From positions 1-32,648 of the IMG/VR virus record IMGVR_UViG_3300011339_000531: DNA of 32,648 nucleotides, one strand, 5' to 3'. The stretch's first letter is position 1, and every line of letters begins with the position of its first letter. The translations under genes and the position numbers were made by a program. Positions 16,553 through 27,800 of the stretch are shown piece after piece. The notes under the pieces were generated by a model. The model was given only the letters and a program-made list of their open reading frames with translations, made no database searches and was not told where the DNA came from. This DNA comes from a virus (Duplodnaviria; Caudoviricetes).

Positions 16553-19195
16553 ATGGCATTTACTCCGTCTAGTAGTCCCTTACAATATCAATATAAGCCA
16601 TTAAACTTAATGGCTTTTGCCGAGCCTTTGGCTAAGATGCAAGAGAAATACGATTTAACTAAATCTGTTATTGAGGATTCAGATGTTAAGGCTACTGCTT
16701 TACAATGGGCACAAGACCCTATTAAAGCTAAAGCTTTAGAAGAAATCTATCGTAATAAAAGAGACGAGTTAGCACAAAATCTTGCTGAGACTAAAAACTA
16801 TACACAAGCTGCTTCTAAGATTAAAAAGTTGCAAAGACTATGGAACGAAGACCCTGAACGATTAGCTTTAGAATCTAATGCTAAACTTTGGGAAGAAAGA
16901 AATAAAGAAGAGATTGCTAGAGTCGGTAAGCCTGAATCACAAGGTGGAATAACTAAGCAACAATATTTAGAATGGGTTGCTGATGAAAAAAGAAAATTTG
17001 AGTCTGAAGAAGTTGGAGGCACTAATTTTAGAAGAGATGATATAAATCCTAATGGTACTTATAATCCTGTTACAGGTAAAGTAGGTCGAGAAGCAGATCG
17101 TCAAAAAGAAATGGATGAACTAAAGTACAAAGTTGCTGGAGATATTAAAGCTAAAAAATGGAGCGGGGCTTTACAATCTCTTGGAATAGATCCTCTTATT
17201 GGAGACGCACAATTTAAACAAAGCGAATTTGAAAATTTAAGTTCTGCAGAAATTGATAAAAAAGTTGAAACATATATTAGAGGTCTAGATAGATTTAAAC
17301 CTTGGTTAAATGAGGTTGCTGATTATAATCTTAAAAATTATAAATACGCTAATGATGAAGGAACTTCTTACAATGCACTAGCTAAAGAATTAGTAACTAA
17401 GAACTATAATGCTAACGAGGCTTATATTAAATCATTAGAAACCGCTAAGAAAAAAGGTGATAAAAATTATAGTGAGGAGGATTATAAAAATGCTATTAAA
17501 AACAAAGAGTTTTTACGTGAGCAAATGGATAATCCAGATGAAGGAGTTGTTAAAGATTTATTCAATAGAGACTATTTAAATAAACAATACGATGCTAGAG
17601 CATTAGGAGAGATCTTTGAAGTAAATAATTCTTCAACAAGTTACACATTCCGTGATTTACCTAAAGAAGATGATGGAGGGGCTGCAGGAGATCCGTTTGG
17701 TAAAAATGCAGTAGGTTCATTTGACCCTAATGGAGCGTTACCAGTAATAGGAAACTTAACTAGCCAAAAAGTTACAGCAGGACAAGCTCTTTATCCTAGT
17801 TTAGCATTGTTTAATAATATAGCTGGAGGAGTTGCTAGAACATTTGTACTAGGAGCAAAAGATTCAGCAGATAGAAAAAGATTACAAGCTAGTCCAGGAG
17901 AACAAAGAGAACGTCAAATGCAGTTATTTAATATTGCGGTGTCTGCTAAAGATTCTAAAGATTTCTATAATAAAGTAAAAGCTGCAGGATTTAACAGTGG
18001 AGTTACAATGGATAATGCTTCTACTTTATTTAATGCATTAAAAGTTCCAGATGCTCAACAATATGTAGATAAAATCTTTACAGGTTCTGCAGATAATTTT
18101 AATAAATACAGCGACGCTACAAATCAATTAGAAACTATTGATGCTAATGTTAATGCTTCACCAGAATTTAAGAAAAGTGTTGATGCAGTAGCTGATCAAA
18201 AAATAGATGTTACAAGTAACGACGTAGAAAAATTAGCAAAACGTTGGAATACAACTGTAGATAAATTAGTTAAATCGGGTGTAGTAGAAGTTCGATCAGG
18301 TGGACCTACTAAATACGAACAGGGTGTAGCAGTAGCAAGCAACGACTATGTAATGTCAGCTAATAATTTAGCTAAAGCTCATGGCTATGATAACTTAAAA
18401 GACGGTATTCAAAAGAAGATGAATATTGCAGGAATAAATAAAGAACTTGATGGTCTCCTTGCTATAGAAAAACAAAAAGTAATTAATCTAGGAGGACAAG
18501 TAATGTCTCACCGTTATGCAGGAGATAAAGCTGTAGACGAAGGATTAACTGCTAGATTTAATTCTATTGGAGATTTAACTTCATTTATGCCAGCTGATGG
18601 TAAAGCCTGGGGAAATACTCCAGGTTTTGATGAAGATGGAAATTTAGCTGCAGGAACTTCATTTGATTTTGAAGGAAAGCAATCGGTTAAACTAGTAATA
18701 AATGGTAATCAAGTATTCTACGAAATTCCTATTAAATATAAAAATGACGATGGGGATATGACTAAGAAAACTATCTTAGTAAGACCTAAAGCAGGAACAG
18801 AAGAATTCCAAGAGCAACTATTAACTTTTGTTAAAAATAAAAGTGCAGCAACTAGAGCAGATAATCCATTATCTGCTGAGACATATGAAATGGCTCAAAA
18901 AGCTTTATACGATTTAACTACTAAAAGTACATTAACTCCTATTAGAGCAAATGCTTTTAAAGTATCTCAAGGAGAACCTCCTATAGTATTAGAGACTGTG
19001 CCTTCTGGTTACGCAGGAACTACTTTAGAAATTGTAAAAGTTTATGACAATGCTACAGGTACTAACGTCTATAAAGTAAGAGCTAGTAGTCCTACAGGAT
19101 CACAATTCTTATCTGCTGAAAACGGTAAAGAATTTACTTCGAGTGATGTAAACGCTGCAAAAGTGTTAATATCACAGCAACTAAATGGAAAGTAA
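16553..19195 (+). CDS. Virion cargo / ejection protein (880 aa), crAss-like
   Basis: N-terminal YQYKPLNLMAFAEPLAKMQEKYD followed by coiled coil. Lies between the gp45-like gene and the RNAP locus. Assignment mainly by synteny. Confidence 0.6.
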   Translation: MAFTPSSSPLQYQYKPLNLMAFAEPLAKMQEKYDLTKSVIEDSDVKATALQWAQDPIKAKALEEIYRNKRDELAQNLAETKNYTQAASKIKKLQRLWNEDPERLALESNAKLWEERNKEEIARVGKPESQGGITKQQYLEWVADEKRKFESEEVGGTNFRRDDINPNGTYNPVTGKVGREADRQKEMDELKYKVAGDIKAKKWSGALQSLGIDPLIGDAQFKQSEFENLSSAEIDKKVETYIRGLDRFKPWLNEVADYNLKNYKYANDEGTSYNALAKELVTKNYNANEAYIKSLETAKKKGDKNYSEEDYKNAIKNKEFLREQMDNPDEGVVKDLFNRDYLNKQYDARALGEIFEVNNSSTSYTFRDLPKEDDGGAAGDPFGKNAVGSFDPNGALPVIGNLTSQKVTAGQALYPSLALFNNIAGGVARTFVLGAKDSADRKRLQASPGEQRERQMQLFNIAVSAKDSKDFYNKVKAAGFNSGVTMDNASTLFNALKVPDAQQYVDKIFTGSADNFNKYSDATNQLETIDANVNASPEFKKSVDAVADQKIDVTSNDVEKLAKRWNTTVDKLVKSGVVEVRSGGPTKYEQGVAVASNDYVMSANNLAKAHGYDNLKDGIQKKMNIAGINKELDGLLAIEKQKVINLGGQVMSHRYAGDKAVDEGLTARFNSIGDLTSFMPADGKAWGNTPGFDEDGNLAAGTSFDFEGKQSVKLVINGNQVFYEIPIKYKNDDGDMTKKTILVRPKAGTEEFQEQLLTFVKNKSAATRADNPLSAETYEMAQKALYDLTTKSTLTPIRANAFKVSQGEPPIVLETVPSGYAGTTLEIVKVYDNATGTNVYKVRASSPTGSQFLSAENGKEFTSSDVNAAKVLISQQLNGK

Positions 19196-19222
19196 TTAAT
19201 ACTTTTACATAAAAGATCTACA

Positions 19223-22200
19223 ATGCCAAACGATACTAATAAAGGATTGACTCCTGGAGAAATTAAGAACGAAGAGATATTAACAGGTTTATCTAAAAAA
19301 GCTGTAGAATCTGGCGCTGCCTATGATCCTAAGGTAATTAGAGAAGCCGCTACTTCTAGTGATACTGCTTATAAAGGACAAGAAGCTGATTACGGTATTA
19401 AACCTTTAGATTTCTTTGATCCATATGAGGATTACGTTGCAGAAGGAACTTTACGTGGAGGACAATTTAGTACAGAAGATCTAAACAACATACGTGCTAA
19501 CAATCAATCTAATTGGGAACAAGCAGGTAATGCTATTGGAAGAATAGCAGTAAATGTAGTTCCACAAATCCTAAGTAGTACAGCAGCAATGATAGATATT
19601 CCAGGTTACTGGGATGCTGAGCATGCGGCAACTAATGATATTGTAAATTGGGCAGACAGTGTTAAATCTAAAGTAGATAACGAATGGCTACCTATCTACG
19701 AGAACAGTCCTAATAAATTCATGCAAATGGGTGATTGGGCTTGGTGGATGGCAAGAGGTTCAGGATTAGTAGAGTCGATAGCTTCTTTTGCAGTTACAGG
19801 TATGGGTGCAGGTAAGGTAGCTTCTATGGGAGCAAAAGGCCTAGGTAAAGCACTAGCTAAAACTGCACTAAGTGCAAAGAATGCTCAAATAGCTGAAGGA
19901 GCTGCAGCAAGATTAGCTACGGCCACAATGCTTAATCAATCAGAAGCAGTATTAGAAGCTACTCAAGTATATAAAACTACTTTAGATAACGCAGTTGCTA
20001 AAGGAGTAAACTATACAGATGCTCGCAAGAAAGCCGCACAAGCAGCAGCTACTACAATGAATATCAATAGAGCTAATATCTTATTAAACCTTACATCAGC
20101 AGGTGCTTTCTTGTCTCCTCAAAAGTTTACAAGAGGATTACTAGCGGCTCCTAGTTTAAAGAAAGTAGGAGGAGAAATACTCAAAGAAGGCGTTCAAGAA
20201 GCAGGAGAAGAGTTAGTTAACTTATATGCACAAAAAGCAGGTGAGGCTAGAGGAAGAGGTGTAAAAGATTATATGTCTCAAGGCTACAAAGACATCGATG
20301 CGATGGAAGGCTTTGAAGCAGCTTTCCTTGGTGCTATTGGAGGTATGGGGCAAACAGGTATTACAAGTGCAATGCGTGCTTCTCAATACGGTCCAGGAAG
20401 TATTAAAAATGAAGACGGTACTAGAACAAGTGCTCTTGATCAAGAGAGAGATCGATATACTCAACAACAAGAAGTTATTCAAGAAATGAAAGCAAACGGT
20501 GTTAAAGTCACCGATGCTTTAATGAATATCAAAGAACAACAAGAGTTTGAAGCAAAACTATTTGAAGCTAACCAAAAAGGAGATAACGAAGAAGTAGAGC
20601 GTTTAAGAAGTCAAATGTTCGAAAGTCAAGCACTTAAAGCTTTTAATTCTGGTACTACAGAAACATTAGAAGAATTATATAAAGCTGAAGCTTCTAGAGA
20701 TGTAGAAGAAGTAGGTCCAGAATATATTGCTAGAGCTAACGACGCACTCAAAAGATTAACAGCACTAGAGGATATCTATAATAACTATGAAGGCTACGCT
20801 AATGTAAATGAAATCTTCTTTAATCGTGCTACTGCTGATAGAGTCGCTATCCAAGAGAAAAACTTAGATTCTTTAGTTAAGAATTCTCAGATTGACTACG
20901 GACTACAAGTTCGTGAGATTGCTGATAAATATAAATTTAAGCATACTCACGAAGGAATTATTAAAGAGAATGGCAAAGAAGTAGATAGAACAGAATTTAC
21001 TAGAGAAAGTAATGTTCCCTACAGTCTTTCAGACATTGAAAACAATCCTGGAGAAACTAAAGAGAACAAAGCTACTTACAAGAAATTCTTGAATGAAGTT
21101 AAAAAGACTCAAGCATATAAAGTTCACGAAGGTTACAAAGCTCAATATGAGCAGGTTAGTAAACTAAAAAATGGTTTACAAGAAGAGTTTTCTGAAATTA
21201 CAAGTAAGGGCTATCAAGAAAAAGTAGTCGCTCAGAAAGAAGAAGAAGCAAAAGTGAGCGCTATTAAAGATGGTATTCTTGCAGCTACAACTATTCCAGA
21301 GATTGAAAAATTAGCAGCACAAACAGAAAATGAATCTGTGCAAAAGCTCGCAAAAGAAAAATTAGCAACTATTGCTAATCAAAATGCTGCGGCAGCTAAA
21401 CAAAAAAAGATTGATTTAATTACAGGAGAGATAGGTAATAAAATTGCTCAAGCAACAGAAGAACAACAAGAAGCTCTTGAACAAGAAATTGAAGATGCTG
21501 AGATTAGTCAAGAACGTAAAACAGAATTACGTAATAAATTAGCTAACCGTATCAAGTTACTTAATGGTGAGGACGTTGAGGGTACAACTGACTTATCTGA
21601 CCCAATGAGCGTATTTACTCAAGGTAAAGATTTAGAAGGACAAATTGATCAAGAAGAAAAAGACTTTGAAACTACTCTTCCTACAGATCTCCCAATACCT
21701 ACTGAAGAAGCAGAGTCAGTAGAGAATGAAGTTATCAATGCTGCTGAATCTCTTATTCAACAAGATCAAACTTTTTTAGTAGGATTAGACAATCAAGGAA
21801 ATCTTATCTTTAATTACGACAGATCGTCAGAAGGTTATAACAGAGCAGCTTACTTATCTAGAGAATTTAATCAAACAGATTCTTCAGGTATTATTGACCG
21901 TGAAGAATTTACTAATACTATAGATAATCCACAAGTTTTAGGACCGAATAATTTACTAGCAGGTACTAAACTAGTATTATCAGTAGACACTGAGTATGAA
22001 GGACAAAAGTATGACCCTAGTTCTACTACCAGAGCTACTATGTCTTGGCCATCACGTTTAGCGCAACTACAACAAATAGCTGCACAAAACGGCGTACCTG
22101 TTACAGAATTGAATGAATACATTGCTGAGGTTCCTATTAAAGTTACATTAGAGAACGGCGAGACAGTATTTTATGTACATGATAACTCATGGTACAAAGC

Positions 22201-24895
22201 AGAAAACTTAAATGCTACACCTGAAGAAATTGAAGAAGATAGATTAAGAAACTTTGAGATACGTAAAGCAATTGTTAAAAAAGGTACAGCTAAATCTAAA
22301 GTACAGTATAAAAGCTTTGGTAGAATCTTTAAAACTGCTGACGGGAAACCTGTAAGTGTTGCAGAAGCAATGCCCGATAGCAAATTAATTATTGCTACAG
22401 GAAAAGATGGTGGGTTTAAGCTACCTAACGAAGCAGTACTTAAAGGTGCTACTATTATTAATAAATCTAAAACTCAAGAAGGTCGTCCTTATGCTATTGT
22501 ACAAGTGGGCCCTAAAGAATATTTAGCAATTCCTTTACAACGTCAAAAGTTAGCTAAAGAAGTTGTAGACTCTATTATGTTTGCTGTAGAAGCTCACTTA
22601 ACTAATGATCCTAATAACCCAGTAGTTAAAGCTATCGTAGAAGAAACAGGATTAGATATCTTAGAGACAGAAGGATTACGTCAATACGTAAATCAATTTA
22701 CTTATGTTTTTCCTACAGAAAAAGCTGAAGGATTAGAGAATATCTTATTACAAGGTGGACAAAAAAGTAGATTAAAACCTAATACACCTATTATTAGTAT
22801 TATACCTGCAGGTCAAGCAACTGAGATTCAGTTTGGTAGACCAGGTGTAGCAATGGGATCTTATGTAGATAAAACTACTAATCGACAAGTTAATAAATAC
22901 TCAGTAAGTATTTCTAGAAACTTTGCAGGTACTAAAGGAACTCGTTCTAATGAAGCGGGTATGCGTAAACTTCGTGGAGTATTAGAACTTTCACTAAGCA
23001 ATGTACTAGTAGAGAACTTGTCACTAAACAAAAATGCTGCTATTATATTAAATGCTGAAGGCGAGATGATGCCTGTTACTTATTCACAGCATGTAAAAGA
23101 CTCTCACGTTACTAATGTGTTGTCTACTAACATCGGCACAGAAGAGAAGCCAGAATGGGTATATACTATCCAACCTACTGTGTTATTCGACACTAAGTTT
23201 GCAGGTATTGATTCTACAAAGAAACAACGTAAAGCTCAACCTACTACAAAAGTAGCTACCCCACCAATAACTGTAACACCTACTCCTGCTCCAAGTGTTC
23301 CCCAAATGGGAACAACTGCTGATATAGAAGCTCAAAAAGCTGATATAGAAAGAAGAAGACAAGAAGAAGAAAATGACCCATTAAGAGTAAATTTAGCAAT
23401 TTCTTTAGTTAACGCTAAGAATGATGCAAAAGATAATCCTGAGTCTTTATTAAAAGGCTTAACAGATTCTGAAATAGAAGATATATTTAAAGAGGAGCTT
23501 GCAAATATAAATCTCTTAATAACAAAACTAAAAGAAAAAGGAAAATCTAATGAAGAAATAGCAAAAGTTATTTCATCTAGATTAGCAAATTCTAAAGTTT
23601 TAAAATTTAAGAGAGGTTTTAACAACAGTATTGCTAAAGATTTAGAAAATTTTCCAGAGGGTGGTTATAAAAGTTCTAAGGAAATCAATGCTAAATATGA
23701 TGCAGAACTAGCAGCTCTAGAACAACCTTCAGATATTGAGTCTAAAAAAGCTGAGATAGAAACTAAACAAAATGCTATACTAGCAAGATTTGAGGCAGAA
23801 AATATTACACAAGAAAAAGTAAATGACTTAATGAGTTATGATTCTGGCAATGGTAAAATACTAGAACAAGCTCAAAGGTTGATAGATAATTATAATAGAA
23901 TTTTTGATGTAAATGCTAAAGTAATAGGTTTTAATAATAAAAAACTTGATATTCAAATTGGAAATTATAAAACAAGTATAACAGCAGAAGCTCTTAAATT
24001 AGCTGGAAAGTCTGAAATATTTACTATTGATCAAGAAGGTATACTTGAATTAGTTAAAGCTAAGTACGAGGCAGAACTAGCTGCTTTAGAAAAAGAAGAC
24101 CCACTTGCTAAGTTAAATGCATTAAATGCAGGATTAGTAGGTGTTTCAGATACAATTAAAGCATCTAAAGTATCACAATTAAGAACAGATGAACAAATAG
24201 AATTGCTTGCAGCTATTCCTAATATAGAAAGTTACAAAGTAAATGGAGAGATAGATAAGTCACTTATGCCAGCGGACGTTTTGGCTAAGTATGAAGAAAT
24301 ATATGACAAGTATGATAAATTAATAACTCCTTTGTTACCTGCTTCTACAGTTACAGAAGAAGTAGAAGAGTTAACAGGGCAAGCATTAATTGAATCACAT
24401 GCTGAAGAAATCTTAACTCAAGGAATTCCTTTAAAAGATTTAGAAGGCTTCGTAGATAATATTGAGAACGATGTAATTGCTACAGAAGATTTACTTAAAC
24501 AAGGATTTGGTTCTAGACAAATGGCTATTGATTCATTCAAGTTAGCTATTGCTAAAGCAAAACAAAATTCTTCTACAACTACTTTAGCTAACGGCATTAC
24601 TATCAAGATCGATGGTACTACTATTGATGATGCAGACCCAGAAGATGATACTACTATTGATGAGAGTATTCCTGTATTGTCAGCAACACCTGCAGAAGGT
24701 GAATTTGATATAGCAGGTGTTAAAGAGGAAGCAGGATCTCTATTACTAAGCGGATTAGGAACTACCGAGCAATACTCGTTAATTAGTTACCTTGCTGCAG
24801 ATATCATGCAACAAGCATTAAATGCTAAGGAAGTAGACGGCATTCGTAAAATCGAAACAGCTCCTATTTTTGAGAAACATTTAGAAAGTCTTTAG
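19223..24895 (+). CDS. Giant virion protein, N-terminal part of the RNA polymerase locus (1890 aa up to a TAG)
   Basis: N-terminal QSNWEQAGNAIGR, Ala/Gly-rich hydrophobic helices, EGVQEAGEE and FLGAIGG ejection-protein motifs, long coiled coils and internal cassette repeats. Ends in TAG in frame with the next ORF. Confidence 0.75.
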   Translation: MPNDTNKGLTPGEIKNEEILTGLSKKAVESGAAYDPKVIREAATSSDTAYKGQEADYGIKPLDFFDPYEDYVAEGTLRGGQFSTEDLNNIRANNQSNWEQAGNAIGRIAVNVVPQILSSTAAMIDIPGYWDAEHAATNDIVNWADSVKSKVDNEWLPIYENSPNKFMQMGDWAWWMARGSGLVESIASFAVTGMGAGKVASMGAKGLGKALAKTALSAKNAQIAEGAAARLATATMLNQSEAVLEATQVYKTTLDNAVAKGVNYTDARKKAAQAAATTMNINRANILLNLTSAGAFLSPQKFTRGLLAAPSLKKVGGEILKEGVQEAGEELVNLYAQKAGEARGRGVKDYMSQGYKDIDAMEGFEAAFLGAIGGMGQTGITSAMRASQYGPGSIKNEDGTRTSALDQERDRYTQQQEVIQEMKANGVKVTDALMNIKEQQEFEAKLFEANQKGDNEEVERLRSQMFESQALKAFNSGTTETLEELYKAEASRDVEEVGPEYIARANDALKRLTALEDIYNNYEGYANVNEIFFNRATADRVAIQEKNLDSLVKNSQIDYGLQVREIADKYKFKHTHEGIIKENGKEVDRTEFTRESNVPYSLSDIENNPGETKENKATYKKFLNEVKKTQAYKVHEGYKAQYEQVSKLKNGLQEEFSEITSKGYQEKVVAQKEEEAKVSAIKDGILAATTIPEIEKLAAQTENESVQKLAKEKLATIANQNAAAAKQKKIDLITGEIGNKIAQATEEQQEALEQEIEDAEISQERKTELRNKLANRIKLLNGEDVEGTTDLSDPMSVFTQGKDLEGQIDQEEKDFETTLPTDLPIPTEEAESVENEVINAAESLIQQDQTFLVGLDNQGNLIFNYDRSSEGYNRAAYLSREFNQTDSSGIIDREEFTNTIDNPQVLGPNNLLAGTKLVLSVDTEYEGQKYDPSSTTRATMSWPSRLAQLQQIAAQNGVPVTELNEYIAEVPIKVTLENGETVFYVHDNSWYKAENLNATPEEIEEDRLRNFEIRKAIVKKGTAKSKVQYKSFGRIFKTADGKPVSVAEAMPDSKLIIATGKDGGFKLPNEAVLKGATIINKSKTQEGRPYAIVQVGPKEYLAIPLQRQKLAKEVVDSIMFAVEAHLTNDPNNPVVKAIVEETGLDILETEGLRQYVNQFTYVFPTEKAEGLENILLQGGQKSRLKPNTPIISIIPAGQATEIQFGRPGVAMGSYVDKTTNRQVNKYSVSISRNFAGTKGTRSNEAGMRKLRGVLELSLSNVLVENLSLNKNAAIILNAEGEMMPVTYSQHVKDSHVTNVLSTNIGTEEKPEWVYTIQPTVLFDTKFAGIDSTKKQRKAQPTTKVATPPITVTPTPAPSVPQMGTTADIEAQKADIERRRQEEENDPLRVNLAISLVNAKNDAKDNPESLLKGLTDSEIEDIFKEELANINLLITKLKEKGKSNEEIAKVISSRLANSKVLKFKRGFNNSIAKDLENFPEGGYKSSKEINAKYDAELAALEQPSDIESKKAEIETKQNAILARFEAENITQEKVNDLMSYDSGNGKILEQAQRLIDNYNRIFDVNAKVIGFNNKKLDIQIGNYKTSITAEALKLAGKSEIFTIDQEGILELVKAKYEAELAALEKEDPLAKLNALNAGLVGVSDTIKASKVSQLRTDEQIELLAAIPNIESYKVNGEIDKSLMPADVLAKYEEIYDKYDKLITPLLPASTVTEEVEELTGQALIESHAEEILTQGIPLKDLEGFVDNIENDVIATEDLLKQGFGSRQMAIDSFKLAIAKAKQNSSTTTLANGITIKIDGTTIDDADPEDDTTIDESIPVLSATPAEGEFDIAGVKEEAGSLLLSGLGTTEQYSLISYLAADIMQQALNAKEVDGIRKIETAPIFEKHLESL
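23321..24091 (+). repeat. Two tandem intragenic cassettes with conserved ends (DIExxKAxIE ... AKY[D/E]AELAALE) and unrelated cores
   Basis: Left ends gatatagaagctcaaaaagctgatatagaa (23321) and gatattgagtctaaaaaagctgagatagaa (23732). Right ends gctaaatatgatgcagaactagcagctctagaa (23690-23722) and gctaagtacgaggcagaactagctgctttagaa (24059-24091). Confidence 0.85.
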
Positions 24896-24898
24896 CAA

Positions 24899-27800
24899 AT
24901 GCAAAAGCTTTATAAAGAAGCTAACTTGCCTAATAAAGCTAAGAAAGTACAAATGGTAATTGATCAGTTTGATAAAGCAAAAGCACTTACTAATCAATAC
25001 ATGAGTTTGTTAACTACAGGTAGTGTTAAAGAAGATTTAGAATTAAACGATAGTGAGCAATCAGCAGGGTTAGAGAAATTAGTTTACTCTGACGAATGGG
25101 CATTCACGATTAATTCAAAATCTACAGCTAGTGCAGACTTACGTAAGTTCTTTAGTTTTGTAGAAGCTAAAAATGAAAATGGAGATTTGATTACAAGTTC
25201 TTTAGGATTCCCTGAAATCATTCCTTTTGATGTAGTGTATGATACATTGCATGAAATTTTAGCAAATAAGCCTGCAGACTATGTAACAATGATTGATACA
25301 TTGGAAGTATATAAAGAAAAACTCCCATGGTTACAATCAGTTATTGACAACATCGAAAAAGCTCCTGAGCGTATACAAAATGAGTTTGTATCTGATATGT
25401 CTAAACACCATATCAGTATGCAGTTTGTGATGTGGAAGAAAAATCCTAACGGCCAGTATTCTTTAACTCGTTGGTCAAGTAATGCGTCAGCAATTAAAGA
25501 ACGTCTTCGTCGTACATGGAATAATAACATGCATAATCCATTTGGAGGTTCTAATCTAATTGCCGTAGATCCAGCAGGTAATTATTTGTTTAACGCAGAA
25601 GTAGCGGATTATTTATATGAAATAGCTAAAGAATGGGAAGCAGATCCGTCAAAAGTTACCAACGAAGAACTTGCAAATTGGTTGGGTAACTTTGGTATAG
25701 TACTTACAGACGAAACTTATAAAGATTTACGCGACGGCAAATATAAAAACCAAGGTGCAAAATCTTGGAACAAATTATTCACAGATAGTGCTGGTATAAT
25801 TAAAGTATTAGCTAAGAAAATTAAAAATGTTACTGACCAAGGTATTACAGTTGAAGAAGCTAATATTTTAAATGATTCTGCTGTAGAAGCCTTAGCAGCA
25901 TTAGATGCTACTAATAATTTAAATGTATTTAGTAACTCATTTAGAACAGGTGGTAAAACTATTTACTCTTACGGAAATAATAACTACCTAGTTAATCGTA
26001 TGAGAGATCTTACAGCTTACGATGAGGAGAATAAAAAGTTTATTAATCCTGGCTTATTCGACGATTTAAATAACATCTCTTTTACTAGAGATAGTCTTTG
26101 GTTAAAAGAATTACAAGCTGATACTGAAGCAGGGCAATTAATGAGAAGTAATCTTAGATTAGATTACATTTCATTAGAAGCTTTAAAGCAAGAATACCGA
26201 GCTCCTAAAGATGATAGTAAATTAAAGAATCTTAACATAGACGAACACGAGATTGTCAAGCTAGGCATGTTCTTTAATGCTTCTAAGAAAATTGTAGATG
26301 GAGAAATACGTAGAGTAGCATCTTTGTTCTACAACACAATGTCTGATAAATCTACTATGTTAACAATGTCTTTCTTAACAAGACAAGTAGAATTAGAACA
26401 AGAAGGATTAAGTAAAGCAAACTTAGAATTATTATACCAAGCTTTAGTACAACCTGAAGTAAACAGAATTAGAGGTGAGCAATCTAAAAATATTAACGGT
26501 TACGAGCCTAATTTTTTCTATTTCTTACCAGGCTTAAATGATTTAATGATTGATATCAACGGTACTCCACAATCATTTAGAGACATCGTAACATCTAAAA
26601 ACAATCTTTACTTTCAACCTGAAGTTAATGCTGCTGTATTAGATTATTTAAATCAAACGTTTAGTACTTTACTAGAAGAAAAATTAGAAGATTGGAATAA
26701 ATTAGGCATCGGCCAAACAATTAAAAACGAACAAGGAAAAGTTACGGATAAAAATACATTCCTTGATGCAGAGTACATGAGCAAAATTGCTCAAGGAAAT
26801 GCAGAAGGTAAAGTACGATATGCAGCTGCTGACTATCTATTCAATACTTTAATTGCAGGTTCAGAAATGTATAAACTATTTGCTGGTGACCCTGCATTAT
26901 ATGCTAAATTTAAACAAGGTAAAACTATACAAGAAAACTTAGAAGAGACATTTACTAATATGGGTAAACGTCTTGCTGGAGATATTGCACCAGGATTAGA
27001 GTTAGCTAACAGTAAAGGAAGTAGTTATTATCAAGTATTTTTAGGAGATAAAAAGATCAGCAGTAATAACGTTTTAGATGCTGAACAAAAGGCTTACTTC
27101 AATAAAATTGTAAGTACTTACTCAGAAGACTATAGCAACATTGAGGGATCAGATGCACAAGAGTATACAACTTGGAAAGAGCATTTATATGTGATGAAGC
27201 AATTAGGACGTTTGACACAAGAACAATTTAATACTTTAACACGTAAACTTACTAACCAAAGTAATGGTAACTTCTCTGAAGCAAATAAATTAAGCTACGC
27301 AGAGTCTTTATTAGTATTACAACCAATGAAACCTGTATACGTAGGTAACGTTGCTTCTAAAGAAGACAATGCTGACCGCCGTGTGTATATAAAATCTTCT
27401 AGTTTTCCACTTATTCCAGAGCTTACTGCTGGTATGCAGTTAGATAAATTACGTAGTGCTCTTGAAAATTTTGAAGAAAGTAAAAAGAATGAAACTAGTA
27501 TAAGCGGTTCTCCTAAATATGTTAGAGCTTCTTTTGGCACTGCTAATAAAGTAGGAGCTATTAGTAATAAAAATGTTGTTGAAGTATTTGATGATAAAGG
27601 CAATGTTAGAGATGCATTATCTTTTGCGGGAATTAGTGATGCAAGTGTATTAGAACTTCCTAGAGAAAATTTCCGCATTCAGCAAGATGTTCCTTACGAT
27701 AGAGATAAGACAAGTGTAAACATTGGTACTCAAGGACGCAAACTATTATTTGTTGATGCATTAGATCTTGAAGTATCTAAAGGACGTACAGGACAAGACT

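Noticed and set aside
20298-20489. 63-aa + strand ORF in an alternate frame
   Set aside because: Fully nested in the 1890-aa gene with no independent signal.
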